Positions 48,219 to 58,162 of a DNA stretch of 64,000 nt are shown piece after piece (the stretch's first letter is position 1; each line of letters starts with the position of its first letter). The stretch lies in assembly GCA_963664825.1 (NCBI GenBank), contig OY761614.1:480001-544000 (forward strand), in the 5' to 3' direction. Below the pieces are notes generated by a model. That model saw only the letters and a program-made list of their open reading frames with translations, ran no database searches and was not told where the DNA came from. The stretch is from an uncultured Holophaga sp. GTDB lineage: Bacteria > Acidobacteriota > Holophagae > Holophagales > Holophagaceae. A program made the position numbers and the translations under genes.

Positions 48219-49184
48219 TCAGGCCTGTTCGGCCAGCCAGCGTTCGGCATCGACGGCGGCCATGCAGCCGCTGGCGGCGGCGGTGATGGCCTGGCGGTAG
48301 GTGTGGTCCGCCACGTCGCCCGCGGCGAAAACGCCGGGAATGGCCGTATGCGTGGAGCCCTTCTCCACCATCAGGTAGCCCGCGGCATCCAGGGGCAACT
48401 GGCCCTTGACGAGCTCCGTGTTGGGCTGATGGCCGATGGCCACGAAAAGCCCGTCCAGGGGCAGTTCCGCACGGCTGCCGTCCACGGTGTCCTCCAGCAC
48501 CAGGGCCCGGATCTTCTCCACCTCATCGCCCATGGGCGTCGTCACCCGGTGGGTAAGGATCTCGGCCACCACCTTGTTCCAGTGCATGGCCACCTTGGGG
48601 TTGGCCAGCGTGCGCTCCTGCATGGCCTTGGAGGCGCGGAAGGCGTCCCGGCGGTGGATGAGGTTCACCTTGCTAGCGAAGCGCGTGAGGTAGGTGGCCT
48701 CTTCGAGAGCCGTGTCGCCCCCGCCCACCACGGCGATTTCCTTGCCTCTGAAGAAGAACCCGTCACAGGTGGCGCAGGCCGAGACCCCGCCGCCGCTGCG
48801 GCTGAGTTCCTGATCCTTGCCGATCCCCAGCCACTTGGCCGAAGCCCCCGTGGCGATGATCACGGCGTCCGCCGTATATTCGCCCTGGTCTGTTCCAACG
48901 CGGAAGGGCCTGGCGCTGAGATTTACGGAGGTCACGGTCTCGGCCTTAATATCGGCCCCGAAGCGCAGGGCCTGCTCGCGCATCTCGGTCATGAGTTCGG
49001 GGCCGGGGATGCCCTGGCGGAATCCTGGGAAGTTCTCGATTTCAGTCGTGATGGTGAGCTGGCCGCCGGGCTGGATGCCCTCGAAGATCACGGGAGCAAG
49101 CCCCGCGCGGCTGGCGTAGATTGCGGCTGTGTACCCGGCGGGGCCGGTGCCGATGATGAGGAGGCGGTGATGGGCAGGTGGCAT
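48219..49184 (-). CDS. trxB: Thioredoxin reductase
   Basis: IGTGPAGYTAAIY, ACATCDG, VGGGDTA, FAAGDV. Confidence 0.97.
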   Translation of the reverse strand: MPPAHHRLLIIGTGPAGYTAAIYASRAGLAPVIFEGIQPGGQLTITTEIENFPGFRQGIPGPELMTEMREQALRFGADIKAETVTSVNLSARPFRVGTDQGEYTADAVIIATGASAKWLGIGKDQELSRSGGGVSACATCDGFFFRGKEIAVVGGGDTALEEATYLTRFASKVNLIHRRDAFRASKAMQERTLANPKVAMHWNKVVAEILTHRVTTPMGDEVEKIRALVLEDTVDGSRAELPLDGLFVAIGHQPNTELVKGQLPLDAAGYLMVEKGSTHTAIPGVFAAGDVADHTYRQAITAAASGCMAAVDAERWLAEQA

Positions 49185-49229
49185 GGGGATTCCGGAAGTG
49201 TGGAAGACGTTGCGAGAAAATGGGCCGTT

Positions 49230-50981
49230 TCAGCGGGCGGCGAGGAAGACCAGCATGTTCTGGGGTTTCTGGAATCCCAGGCTGCGGCCCACTTCCCTGC
49301 CCTCCCCGTCCAGCAGGATGACGCTGGGGTAGCTGCGGATTTCCAACTTCTTGGCCAGATCCGGGCGCTGCTTATCCGTATCGATGCGGATGGCGATGGC
49401 ATTCTTGGCGATCCAGGCCTTCACGCCCGCGTCCGGCCAGGTCTTCTCATCCAGCTCCTTGCACTGGGCGCACCATTCGGCGTAGATATCGACCAGCACG
49501 AGCTTGTGCTCGGCCTTGGCCTTTTTAAGAGCCCCCTCCAAATCCTGTTCCATCCAGGCCTTGGGACCCGCTTCGACAGCCACTGTCGCGCATCCCCGGG
49601 GAAGGAGCGGGAGGTTCAGGAAGTTCTCGACGGCCCGGATGCCCAGTAGCAGGCCCAGGAGCAGGAGCAGGAGGGCGAAGGCCCTGCGGAGCTGCGCCAC
49701 CAGGCCTTCGGCCACCTCGAAGGCGCCGAAGACCGCCGCGCCCACCAGGAGCGTCAGCATCCACATGGCGTCATTGGCCCACTCCGGCACCAGCAGGCGG
49801 ATGTTCCAGGCCGCGAAGGCGAGTACCACCAGGCCCATGATGTGCTTGAAGCGCGTGAGCCAGTCGCCACTCTTGGGGAGCCCCGCACTGAAGGTGCCCA
49901 CCAACATGAAGAGCACGCCCATGCCCAGGGTAAAGGTGAAGAGCTTGAGGGCGCCGAGTACGACATTGCCCTGCTGGGCGATGCCCACCAGCACCGCGCC
50001 GATGATGGGGCCCACGCAGGGGGCGGCGAGAGGGCCCAGCACCAGGCCCATGAGGAAGGCGCCCACATAGCCCTTGCGGGGGCCACCGCCCTGGAGCCTA
50101 TTCTGGAGGCCCTGGGGAAGATTGATCTCGAAGGCGCCGAAGAGGCTCAGGGCGAAGACGGCAAAGATGAGCGACACGGGGATCAGGAAGCCGGGCCTCT
50201 GGGCGAAGGCGCCGAAGGCCGCGCCGCTCTTGGCGGCCACGACACCCAGTGTCGTGTAGGTGACGGCCATACCCAGCACGAGCATGAGCGAGAGCGCGAA
50301 GCCCTTGGCCTTGCCGCCCCCTTTCGCCCCGATGATGGCCATGGTGATGGGGATCATGGGATAGACGCAGGGTGTGAGGCTGGCGCCCATGCCCGCCAGG
50401 AAGACCAGGAGCAGGGCCAGGAGGAGGCCCTGGTGGGGAGCCTCGGGGGCGGGGACCTTCAAAGCCGCGGCCGCGGGAGCCTGGACGGGCGTTTCTGGAA
50501 CGGGCACCGGGGCCTTGGCCTCACCCTGAGCTTCGGGTGTCGCGCCGGGGGCCGGTGCCACCTTCGTCTCCAGCTTGGCGGCAGGAATCTCGGAGGCCTT
50601 CACCTTCAGGCTGCGGGTGGTGGGCGGAAAGCAGTTCCCCCCCTCCCCTTCCGTGCAGGGCTGGTACTGGACATCCAGTGTCACCTCCCCGGAGAGCCCT
50701 TCACCCGTCACGGGGATGCGCAGGGTGCCGTGGTAGACCTCCTCGCCGAGCTCATCCTTGGCGTTCGCGGCGGGGAGGGCTCCCACCTTGAGCTTCCCAG
50801 GCTTGGAGCTGAGCGTCACCTCCGTGAAGGACTTCTTGAGATGGGCGCCAGCAGGAGCCGTGAGAACGACGGCCCCCTTCTGGAAGGAGACCTTCACATC
50901 CTTCTCGGGATCGAAGGCATGGCCGGGAGAGGCAAGGCCCAGGACCAGGATCCAGAGGAAGAGAAGTTTGAGAGTCCGCAT
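49230..50981 (-). CDS. dsbD: Thiol:disulfide interchange protein DsbD
   Basis: N-domain YQPC...CFPP; TM domain LTPCVYPMIP, APCVGP; C-terminal thioredoxin AEWCAQCK. Confidence 0.92.
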   Translation of the reverse strand: MRTLKLLFLWILVLGLASPGHAFDPEKDVKVSFQKGAVVLTAPAGAHLKKSFTEVTLSSKPGKLKVGALPAANAKDELGEEVYHGTLRIPVTGEGLSGEVTLDVQYQPCTEGEGGNCFPPTTRSLKVKASEIPAAKLETKVAPAPGATPEAQGEAKAPVPVPETPVQAPAAAALKVPAPEAPHQGLLLALLLVFLAGMGASLTPCVYPMIPITMAIIGAKGGGKAKGFALSLMLVLGMAVTYTTLGVVAAKSGAAFGAFAQRPGFLIPVSLIFAVFALSLFGAFEINLPQGLQNRLQGGGPRKGYVGAFLMGLVLGPLAAPCVGPIIGAVLVGIAQQGNVVLGALKLFTFTLGMGVLFMLVGTFSAGLPKSGDWLTRFKHIMGLVVLAFAAWNIRLLVPEWANDAMWMLTLLVGAAVFGAFEVAEGLVAQLRRAFALLLLLLGLLLGIRAVENFLNLPLLPRGCATVAVEAGPKAWMEQDLEGALKKAKAEHKLVLVDIYAEWCAQCKELDEKTWPDAGVKAWIAKNAIAIRIDTDKQRPDLAKKLEIRSYPSVILLDGEGREVGRSLGFQKPQNMLVFLAAR

Positions 50982-51348
50982 CGGAGCCTCCAGTGTGGGA
51001 CAGGAAAGGATGGAAGACATGGATCGATGGAGGGTTTGCCGGAGAGCCTCAACGCCTCGAAACGCATATTTGCATATTATTCCGCATAAACCCAACTTAG
51101 CAAGGCCTCGATACCGGGCAGTCGGTTGGAAGGAGTTGAGGTCATGGAGACTCCGGAATGCTTCAACCTGCATTGTTCGGCATTCCGCCTGTGAAATGCG
51201 GTCAAGTTTCCTGGCGAGATAACAGGCCCCAGAGCTGCCTGCGGAACCAAGCCCTTCAAGGGTCTGCGGGAATGCTAGGCGTCTCCGGATCGGAAAGAGT
51301 GGCAACCATCGGGCCCAAGGTGCCTTCCACCTGTGCTGCAATGGGGCC

Positions 51349-52059
51349 ATGCGACCCCGAACCGCCAGGCCCCACCGAATCCTCATCGTCGAGGACGAAC
51401 TCCGCCTCGCGGAGATGGTCAAGGCGAATCTCGAGACCGAGAACTTCGAGGTGATCATCGAGGGAGACGGCGCGTCGGCGCTTGCGCGCCAGTGCTCGGA
51501 ACCCTCGGATCTGATCATCCTCGACCTCATGCTTCCGGGACTGAACGGCTTCGAGGTTCTGCGCGCGCTCCGGAGGCGCGAAGACTCCGTGCCCGTCCTC
51601 ATCCTCACTGCCCGGTCCGGCAGCGACGACCGCATTGAGGGACTGTCCTGCGGCGCCGACGACTACCTCGCCAAGCCCTTCGCCATCCTCGAACTGATCG
51701 CAAGGGTCCGGGCGATCCTCCGGCGCACATCCCCCAGCGAGGCCTCCAAGCGCATTGTCCAGAGCGGCCCCTTCCGGATCGACTTCATCCAATTCACGGT
51801 TCACAAGGGGCGCACCGACCTGAAGCTGAGCCTGCGGGAATTCAGGCTCCTGGAAGTGTTGATCGCCCACCCCGGGCGCGTGCATGCGCGCCAGGATCTG
51901 GTGAACCTGGCCTGGGAGATGGATGCGCGTCCCACCCTCCGGACCGTGGATAAGCACATCGCCGCCCTTCGGAAGAAACTGGGGGGCACGGAAGAACACC
52001 CCGTCATCCAGACCCTGGACCGGGAGGGATACCGCTGGCTGCTGCCCATCAAGGCGTGA
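51349..52059 (+). CDS. OmpR-family response regulator
   Basis: ILIVEDE, ILDLMLPG, GADDYLAKPF, winged helix RTVDKHIAALRKKL. Confidence 0.95.
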   Translation: MRPRTARPHRILIVEDELRLAEMVKANLETENFEVIIEGDGASALARQCSEPSDLIILDLMLPGLNGFEVLRALRRREDSVPVLILTARSGSDDRIEGLSCGADDYLAKPFAILELIARVRAILRRTSPSEASKRIVQSGPFRIDFIQFTVHKGRTDLKLSLREFRLLEVLIAHPGRVHARQDLVNLAWEMDARPTLRTVDKHIAALRKKLGGTEEHPVIQTLDREGYRWLLPIKA

Positions 52060-52286
52060 CGCACAGGTTTTCGTGTCCTGGGGGCAGCCATGCTTCCCGC
52101 ACTGTTTTGCAACCACGAACAAGACAAGAAATACAACAACTTTATAAAGAGCACTTACATGCAATAAAATGAAATTTTAAAATGCATGCGTTTTTTCCCT
52201 TGATTTCTTGTGGTGGCTTTGATTCGGGTCCGCAAGGATGGTAGCCGTTCACGGAATCGTGACATTCCTCTACCAGGAGATCCTCG

Positions 52287-55232
52287 ATGACCCGTTCCAA
52301 TTCCCTGTTGGGTGCAGGCAGAGTCTGCGCCCTTATCGTCGCGTCCAGCGGCATCCTCTTCAGCCAGAGCAATGCCGTCGGCAGCATTTCCGGCACCGTG
52401 ACAGGCCCGGAACGAAAACCCGTGGCGGGAGCCCTGGTGCGGGTGGATACCGGCCGAGGCGTGAAGGAGGCCCGGACCGATGAGAAGGGCCGCTTCCTGT
52501 TCCTCCAGCTCCTGCCCGGAGCCGCGAAGCTGGACGTGACGGCCAAGGACCTCCTGACCTTCCGGACCGGAATCTCGATCATCGCCAACCAGGGCGTGAC
52601 GATGAAAATCGCCATGGCGGCCCCCATGGGGGCCGTCGTGGAAGTCGTGGCCACCCAGACGAACGCGGTGGTGGGCGTGGATGCCGCCACTGCGGTCTCG
52701 GGCACGAATTTCACCGCCGAGCAGATCAATGCCCTCCCGGCCATCGGTGGCGTGTACGATGCGTTTCTGAAAACCGTCCCCGGCACCCCTTCGGGGGGCT
52801 ACAACTTCCACGGCTCCGAGGATGGCGTGAACGCCTACACGGTGAATGGCGTGGAATCCCGTTCAGCTGCTGGCGGCACCCAGCTGCTGAGCGTGAATCG
52901 GGATCTCATCGAGCAATTCAATGTGCTTTCCGGCGGCGTCTCGGCCAAGTATGGGCGCTACGTGGGAGCGGCCGTGGCCACCGTCACCAAGAGCGGAACC
53001 AACGAATTCACGGGTTCCGTGCGCCACGACCTCGTGAGCGATTCCTGGAACGCCCTGGAAAAGCCGGCGCCCTACTCGAACAGCGACCGGGTGGCTCGCA
53101 AGGTCACGGACAGCCAGTCCTACACCTTCCTGGGCCCCATCATCAAGGACACGCTCTTCATCGCCGCGGGGTACCAGACCGTCTCGCCCAGTTCAACGAA
53201 AGTCGTGAAAGGTACCGTGGGCAGCGGCCTCTTCGCCCCCTACACCTTCAGCAGCACGAGCCAGAACGAACTCAAGGACATCAAGCTGGACTGGCAGATC
53301 AACACCGATCATCGTGTCACTGGCGCCTGGAACCAGCACCTGACAACGAGCACGGGCCCAACCAATGGCCGCGGGCTATCAACGCTCACGACAGGATCCG
53401 GCCCTTGGCGCCAGGAACAAGGCTTCAAATCCCTGGGCTACACGGGGAGTCTCGCCAGCAATCTGATGGTGGACGCCATCCTCAGCGAAACGATCACCAA
53501 GCGGCATGACTTCGGTTCCCCCGGGGGACCCGATGTGGTGAGCTGGCAGGATACCGCAGGCCTTGGCCATGGCGACCTCTACGACAACGGCTTAACTGCG
53601 AATTCCACGAACCAGGAAAAGATCCGCACACTGGGCCTGAACCTCGCCTGGTTCGTGGGTCAGCATGCGGTGGAGGCGGGTTTCCAGTACTACAGCAGCC
53701 GCATCGAAAGCACGGGCAGTTATGACGCCGAATGGAAATCCGTGACGCCTTCGGGTGCCTTGATCGAGTTCGACGGATGGACCGCAAACCCGCCCAGCAT
53801 GGATCGCCGGTACCGGCGAATGACCACCGGGGATCCCTACTCAACCCGCCTGACCCTCTTCGATCCCCTGACGGGCCACTTCGATTCCAAGGTCTGGGGA
53901 TTCTACGTCAACGATATCTGGACGCTGGATGCTCACTGGTCCTTCAATCTGGGGGCCCGCTTCGATTCCAATCACTTCAAGGTCACGCCCGAGGGGAATT
54001 CCTATTCCATCAGCACCGCAGTGCCCCGCCTCTCGGCCAGCTACGACCTGGAGGGGGACAAGAAGCATGTGTTCACCCTGGGCCTGGCGGAATACGCCGG
54101 CCAGATCAATGCGGGGACCTTCACGCGCATCAGCGTATCCAATCTCTCACCTTCCCGGTACTACGCCTACTACGGTGCAGCAGGCAATGGCAGCGATGCC
54201 CTCAACGCCAATGGCTCCATCAACTGGAACGTCTGGGGGAATTCCGCGACAACCCTTGGGCAGGCCAATCCCGTCTATGCCTCGCCCGATCCCCTGACCT
54301 CGAGCCCGAACAGGGTGGACTCCAACGTCAAGCCCCCCCGGTCCCGGGAGGCCACCCTCTCCTACCGCTACATGGATACCAAGCAGTCCCTCACGGCCAC
54401 CCTCCTGCACAAGGTCCAGGACAACTACATCGGCATGAGGCGGGAAGGGGCCCTTGGGTTGGGCCTGAACAACGCCAAGAACGTCTACTACAACGACGAC
54501 GGCATGAAGGCGCGCTACGAGAACCTGGAGATCCAGTACCGGCGGCAGATCCTGGAGGATCTCTCCGTGGGAGGCAACCTCACTTGGTCCTACACCCACG
54601 CCAACGCAGGCCAGAACGTGGGGACGGGTTCCCGAAACCAGTACGGGGACTTCATCTCCAATGACTTGGTATCGCCCTTCGGCCCCCAGTCCGGCCAGTG
54701 GTCCTCCTCCACCACGCCCTTCACCACGCACATCGATGTGTCCTACAGCCACTCCTTCGGCAAGCTGGGCACCATCACGGCGACACTCCTTGGCAACTAC
54801 TGGTCCAGGAGTTTCCGGGGCTACCGCGACTTCACCGGGAACACCAACTCGGTCATCCAGGATTACGGCTATGCCGACACGGTCAGCCGTGTCTACGGTG
54901 ATGCCGAGACCTGGTGGCCCCAGCAGTACAGCTGCGATTTCCACCTCGGCTACGAGATTGGGATCTATCGCAAGGTTAAGGCCTTCACGTCCCTGGATAT
55001 CACCAATCTCTTCAACCACCAGATGCCGATGTATGTGAACTACTCTACGGCCCTGAAGGACGTCAGCACCGGCACCGTTTACGCTCCCTACGCGACCAAT
55101 CTCCCCAGCGGCTGGTGGAACAACCCCAATTTCAAGCCCGTGGCCTACAACGATGGTTGGATGAAGGACGGCGAGGTGGGTGCCTATACCGAACCTCGGA
55201 AGATCCAGCTCAGTGTGGGCTTCCGCTTCTAG
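52287..55232 (+). CDS. TonB-dependent receptor (Oar-like, N-terminal carboxypeptidase regulatory-like domain)
   Basis: GSISGTVTG..., plug region SAKYGRYVGA..TKSGTNEFTGS, FYVNDIW..NLGARFD, C-terminal PRKIQLSVGFRF. Confidence 0.9.
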   Translation: MTRSNSLLGAGRVCALIVASSGILFSQSNAVGSISGTVTGPERKPVAGALVRVDTGRGVKEARTDEKGRFLFLQLLPGAAKLDVTAKDLLTFRTGISIIANQGVTMKIAMAAPMGAVVEVVATQTNAVVGVDAATAVSGTNFTAEQINALPAIGGVYDAFLKTVPGTPSGGYNFHGSEDGVNAYTVNGVESRSAAGGTQLLSVNRDLIEQFNVLSGGVSAKYGRYVGAAVATVTKSGTNEFTGSVRHDLVSDSWNALEKPAPYSNSDRVARKVTDSQSYTFLGPIIKDTLFIAAGYQTVSPSSTKVVKGTVGSGLFAPYTFSSTSQNELKDIKLDWQINTDHRVTGAWNQHLTTSTGPTNGRGLSTLTTGSGPWRQEQGFKSLGYTGSLASNLMVDAILSETITKRHDFGSPGGPDVVSWQDTAGLGHGDLYDNGLTANSTNQEKIRTLGLNLAWFVGQHAVEAGFQYYSSRIESTGSYDAEWKSVTPSGALIEFDGWTANPPSMDRRYRRMTTGDPYSTRLTLFDPLTGHFDSKVWGFYVNDIWTLDAHWSFNLGARFDSNHFKVTPEGNSYSISTAVPRLSASYDLEGDKKHVFTLGLAEYAGQINAGTFTRISVSNLSPSRYYAYYGAAGNGSDALNANGSINWNVWGNSATTLGQANPVYASPDPLTSSPNRVDSNVKPPRSREATLSYRYMDTKQSLTATLLHKVQDNYIGMRREGALGLGLNNAKNVYYNDDGMKARYENLEIQYRRQILEDLSVGGNLTWSYTHANAGQNVGTGSRNQYGDFISNDLVSPFGPQSGQWSSSTTPFTTHIDVSYSHSFGKLGTITATLLGNYWSRSFRGYRDFTGNTNSVIQDYGYADTVSRVYGDAETWWPQQYSCDFHLGYEIGIYRKVKAFTSLDITNLFNHQMPMYVNYSTALKDVSTGTVYAPYATNLPSGWWNNPNFKPVAYNDGWMKDGEVGAYTEPRKIQLSVGFRF

Positions 55233-55281
55233 CCTTCCACGTGAAGGCGAATCTGCTACGCAGTTCCATTAAGGAAACGAT

Positions 55282-56424
55282 ATGAAATTATCCGCACTTC
55301 TATGCGGTGCCCTGGCACCGACCCTCCTCATCGCCCAGGCACCCGCCGAGAATCCCCAGGCTCTCGTGGCCAAGTACGCCGCCCTCCTGAAGCAGTACCC
55401 CCAGATGCTGAAGGATGACCAACAGCGCAAGGCCCACATCCCCAATAAGGACACCGTGGAGGGCATCTCCGTGCGCATCGCCCACGAGGCCCGTCCCGAG
55501 ATCCGCCAGGTGCTCATGATGGCCCGGCATTTCATGCTGGACGCCATGGCCCCGGACCGGGCCAAGCTGCCGACGGAGGCTATCAACTACACCAGCACCC
55601 TGGGTACGGCCTGGGAGCTGGAACTGGCGGGCCAGATCACACCGGATTCCCCCGCCCTGGAACTCGTCGCGCTTCACCAGCCAGGGTATCTCGGCTTCAT
55701 CGCCTGGCACGCCAGCGGGGGGGGCTACATCGATCAGAGCGAATCCGCGGCTGCGACCAAGGCCTTCGCCTTCTTCGACAAGGTCTTCGAGGTCCATCCT
55801 TCCAGGACCGTCAAGACCCTCGCCCTGACCTCTGCTATGGAATTGGCCTCCCGCCCCCGCATGATCCCCGAGGTGGAGGGCTACTTGGCCCGCCTGGAGG
55901 CCTTCGAACCCGGCCATCCCGCCGTGGCCCAGTACAGGAAGTGGCTCGTCCAGGCCCGGGAGGCCGACAAGTCCGCACCCAGGGTCGGAAACAGGCTTCC
56001 CGCCTTCAAGCTGCAAAACCTCGACAAGCCCAGCGAGACCCTGACGCCCGCGACCTTCAAGGGCAAATACCTGCTGCTGGACTTCTGGGCCACCTGGTGC
56101 GGCCCCTGCAAGGGCGAGCTGCCCTTCGTCCACAAGGCCTACGCCAAGTTCCATCCGGCGGGCCTGGAGATGCTGAGCATCTCCTGGGACAAGAAGGCGG
56201 AGGATATCGTCAAGTTCCGCAAGGACCCGGCCCATCCCATGCCCTGGCGCCATGCCTTCCCCCAGGGGAAGCTGGCCGAAGAACTGAACAACACCTTCCA
56301 GGTCCGGGGCATTCCCCATGTCCTCCTGATCGGCCCCGATGGCAAGATCCTCGAGACGGTGGAGAATCTGCGAGGCGAAAAGCTGGAGGAGACCCTGCGG
56401 AAGTACATGAAGCCCAAAGCGTAG
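55282..56424 (+). CDS. Exported TlpA-family thiol:disulfide oxidoreductase
   Basis: Signal peptide; LLDFWATWCGPC; GIPHVLLIGPDGKI. Confidence 0.9.
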   Translation: MKLSALLCGALAPTLLIAQAPAENPQALVAKYAALLKQYPQMLKDDQQRKAHIPNKDTVEGISVRIAHEARPEIRQVLMMARHFMLDAMAPDRAKLPTEAINYTSTLGTAWELELAGQITPDSPALELVALHQPGYLGFIAWHASGGGYIDQSESAAATKAFAFFDKVFEVHPSRTVKTLALTSAMELASRPRMIPEVEGYLARLEAFEPGHPAVAQYRKWLVQAREADKSAPRVGNRLPAFKLQNLDKPSETLTPATFKGKYLLLDFWATWCGPCKGELPFVHKAYAKFHPAGLEMLSISWDKKAEDIVKFRKDPAHPMPWRHAFPQGKLAEELNNTFQVRGIPHVLLIGPDGKILETVENLRGEKLEETLRKYMKPKA

Positions 56425-56476
56425 GACACTGGGCTTCGCCCTCCTGGCGCTTGCGTCTCTTCCCGGAGCCCACCTC

Positions 56477-58138
56477 GTGCCTATCCACCGCATCAGCAGA
56501 CCAAGACGCGGAAATCGCCTCCTGCGCGCCCTCCTGGGGATCCTCCGGATTCCCAGGAGGCGCGCAGCGGCGTGGCCCCTGGTCCTGGGCTGGGGCCTGC
56601 TCTGCGGAATGCTGGCCTTCCTCCCCGCCTGGTGGATCGCAGACTGGGGCGAACGGGCCCAGGATCGCTGGTTCAATGAAGCCCACGAACAGGCAGCGCG
56701 CCTCACCCAGGAGTGGCAACACTGGACGGCGCCGGTTCCGGACTTCGCCAATGGGGGTGAGGAGGCCCTCCGGAGATGGCTGCTGAAGGAAGCCCTGGTG
56801 GTGGCCCTGGTGGACGCGAAGGAAGGGCGGGTATGGATCCGGGAGGGCCTCCGCCTGCGCCCCGCCCGAGGCACGGCAGAAGCGCAGACTCCGGCTGAAT
56901 GGGCACGAAAGGCCATGGAAGTGGCTCCGGTCTGGGGACCCATCGATAACACGAATGGTGCACCACGAGCCCACCGCACGGACGCGAGCAGGCTCTGGGA
57001 TGCGGGCTCCTGGTGGCCCGTCAGCTCTTTCGACCTGGATTCCAGGAACGAATGCGCTATCGTCACCTTCTTCGGGGAATGGTGCCTGATCAAGCGCTGG
57101 GTGCCCGGCAGTCCCGAGGTGGAGCAGTGGCTGCGAGGCACCTCCCGGCCCACGGACACCTACCGCTTCGGCCTGCTCTCCGGCTTCCAATACAACCAAG
57201 CGCTGAAGCGTCCGCGCGCCATCTCAAGCTTTGGCCCTGGCCCTCTTCAAGACAGGCGGGAAGTGACAAGCCTAGAGGATGCCCCTTTCCGGGTGGACGG
57301 AGACCTGGGCCGCGATTTTGAGGGTTTCTGGTACGTGGTGCTGCAGATGACTCCCGAGGTCTTCCGGGATTTCCACCGTGCCTACCTTCTCCGCCTGCGC
57401 CTAGCCTGGTTCTCCTATGGGCTGGTGGTGGCAGGAAGCGGCCTAGCCCTCTCCCTCTTCTTCCACTCGCGCAACCGGGAGCGCCTCCAGGCCGATCGCC
57501 TGGCCTCCCTGGCCCATAGCCTCAAGACTCCCTTGGCCGTCCTCAAGCTCAGATGCGATACGGCCCTCAATAACGAATTGCCGCGGGAGGCCCAGGAAGC
57601 CCAGCTGCTGGAGATCCGCGGCGAGACCGACCAGCTCGTGCGGACCATCGAAGGGGGCCTGGAGGCCATGCGTTCCAGCTATGCCACCCCTGTTCCAGAC
57701 CTGGTGGACGGGGCCTTCTTCGAGGGCCTGGACGAGCGATACTCCCCCGCCTTCGAGGCCCAGGGACGGATGCTGGAGGTCTATGGCAGCGATATCGCGT
57801 TCCCCTGCTGCGCCTCGGCGCTCGAATCGGCCCTCGCCACGCTCATCGAGAACGCCCTGGTCCACGGTCGGGGCCGCGTGGAAGTGAAGGCCACCACCGA
57901 ACCTGGCCTCGCCAGGATCCAGGTGAGCGACGAGGGCGAGGGCATCCCCCCCGAGCAGGTGCAGCGCCTGCACCATCCCAATGCTCCGGCCCCAGCGCAC
58001 ACCAGTGCCTTCCCTGGGGGCCAGAACATGGGCCTGCTCGTCCTGGCTCAGGTCGCCCGGCGGGAGGGCTGGGGCCTGGGCTTTTCCATCGGAGAATCCG
58101 CGTTCACGGCCCTGCTGGAGATCCCGACCCGGACGTGA
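56477..58138 (+). CDS. Membrane sensor histidine kinase (start uncertain)
   Basis: Two TM helices around a Trp-rich periplasmic domain; H box AHSLKTPL, N box LIENALVHG, G1 VSDEGEGI, atypical G2 GGQNMGL. Confidence 0.85.
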   Translation: MPIHRISRPRRGNRLLRALLGILRIPRRRAAAWPLVLGWGLLCGMLAFLPAWWIADWGERAQDRWFNEAHEQAARLTQEWQHWTAPVPDFANGGEEALRRWLLKEALVVALVDAKEGRVWIREGLRLRPARGTAEAQTPAEWARKAMEVAPVWGPIDNTNGAPRAHRTDASRLWDAGSWWPVSSFDLDSRNECAIVTFFGEWCLIKRWVPGSPEVEQWLRGTSRPTDTYRFGLLSGFQYNQALKRPRAISSFGPGPLQDRREVTSLEDAPFRVDGDLGRDFEGFWYVVLQMTPEVFRDFHRAYLLRLRLAWFSYGLVVAGSGLALSLFFHSRNRERLQADRLASLAHSLKTPLAVLKLRCDTALNNELPREAQEAQLLEIRGETDQLVRTIEGGLEAMRSSYATPVPDLVDGAFFEGLDERYSPAFEAQGRMLEVYGSDIAFPCCASALESALATLIENALVHGRGRVEVKATTEPGLARIQVSDEGEGIPPEQVQRLHHPNAPAPAHTSAFPGGQNMGLLVLAQVARREGWGLGFSIGESAFTALLEIPTRT

Positions 58139-58162
58139 TGCCGTGAATGCGCGGCTCCATGT

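Noticed and set aside
50982..51348. Possible ncRNA in the dsbD-response regulator spacer (CGGAATGC/GCATTCCG stem, GCATA repeats)
   Set aside because: Only one short stem and no terminator; better explained as divergent promoter DNA.
52060..52286. Cobalamin riboswitch upstream of the TonB receptor
   Set aside because: No B12-box (GCCACTG...GGGAAG) elements; the region is AT-rich.
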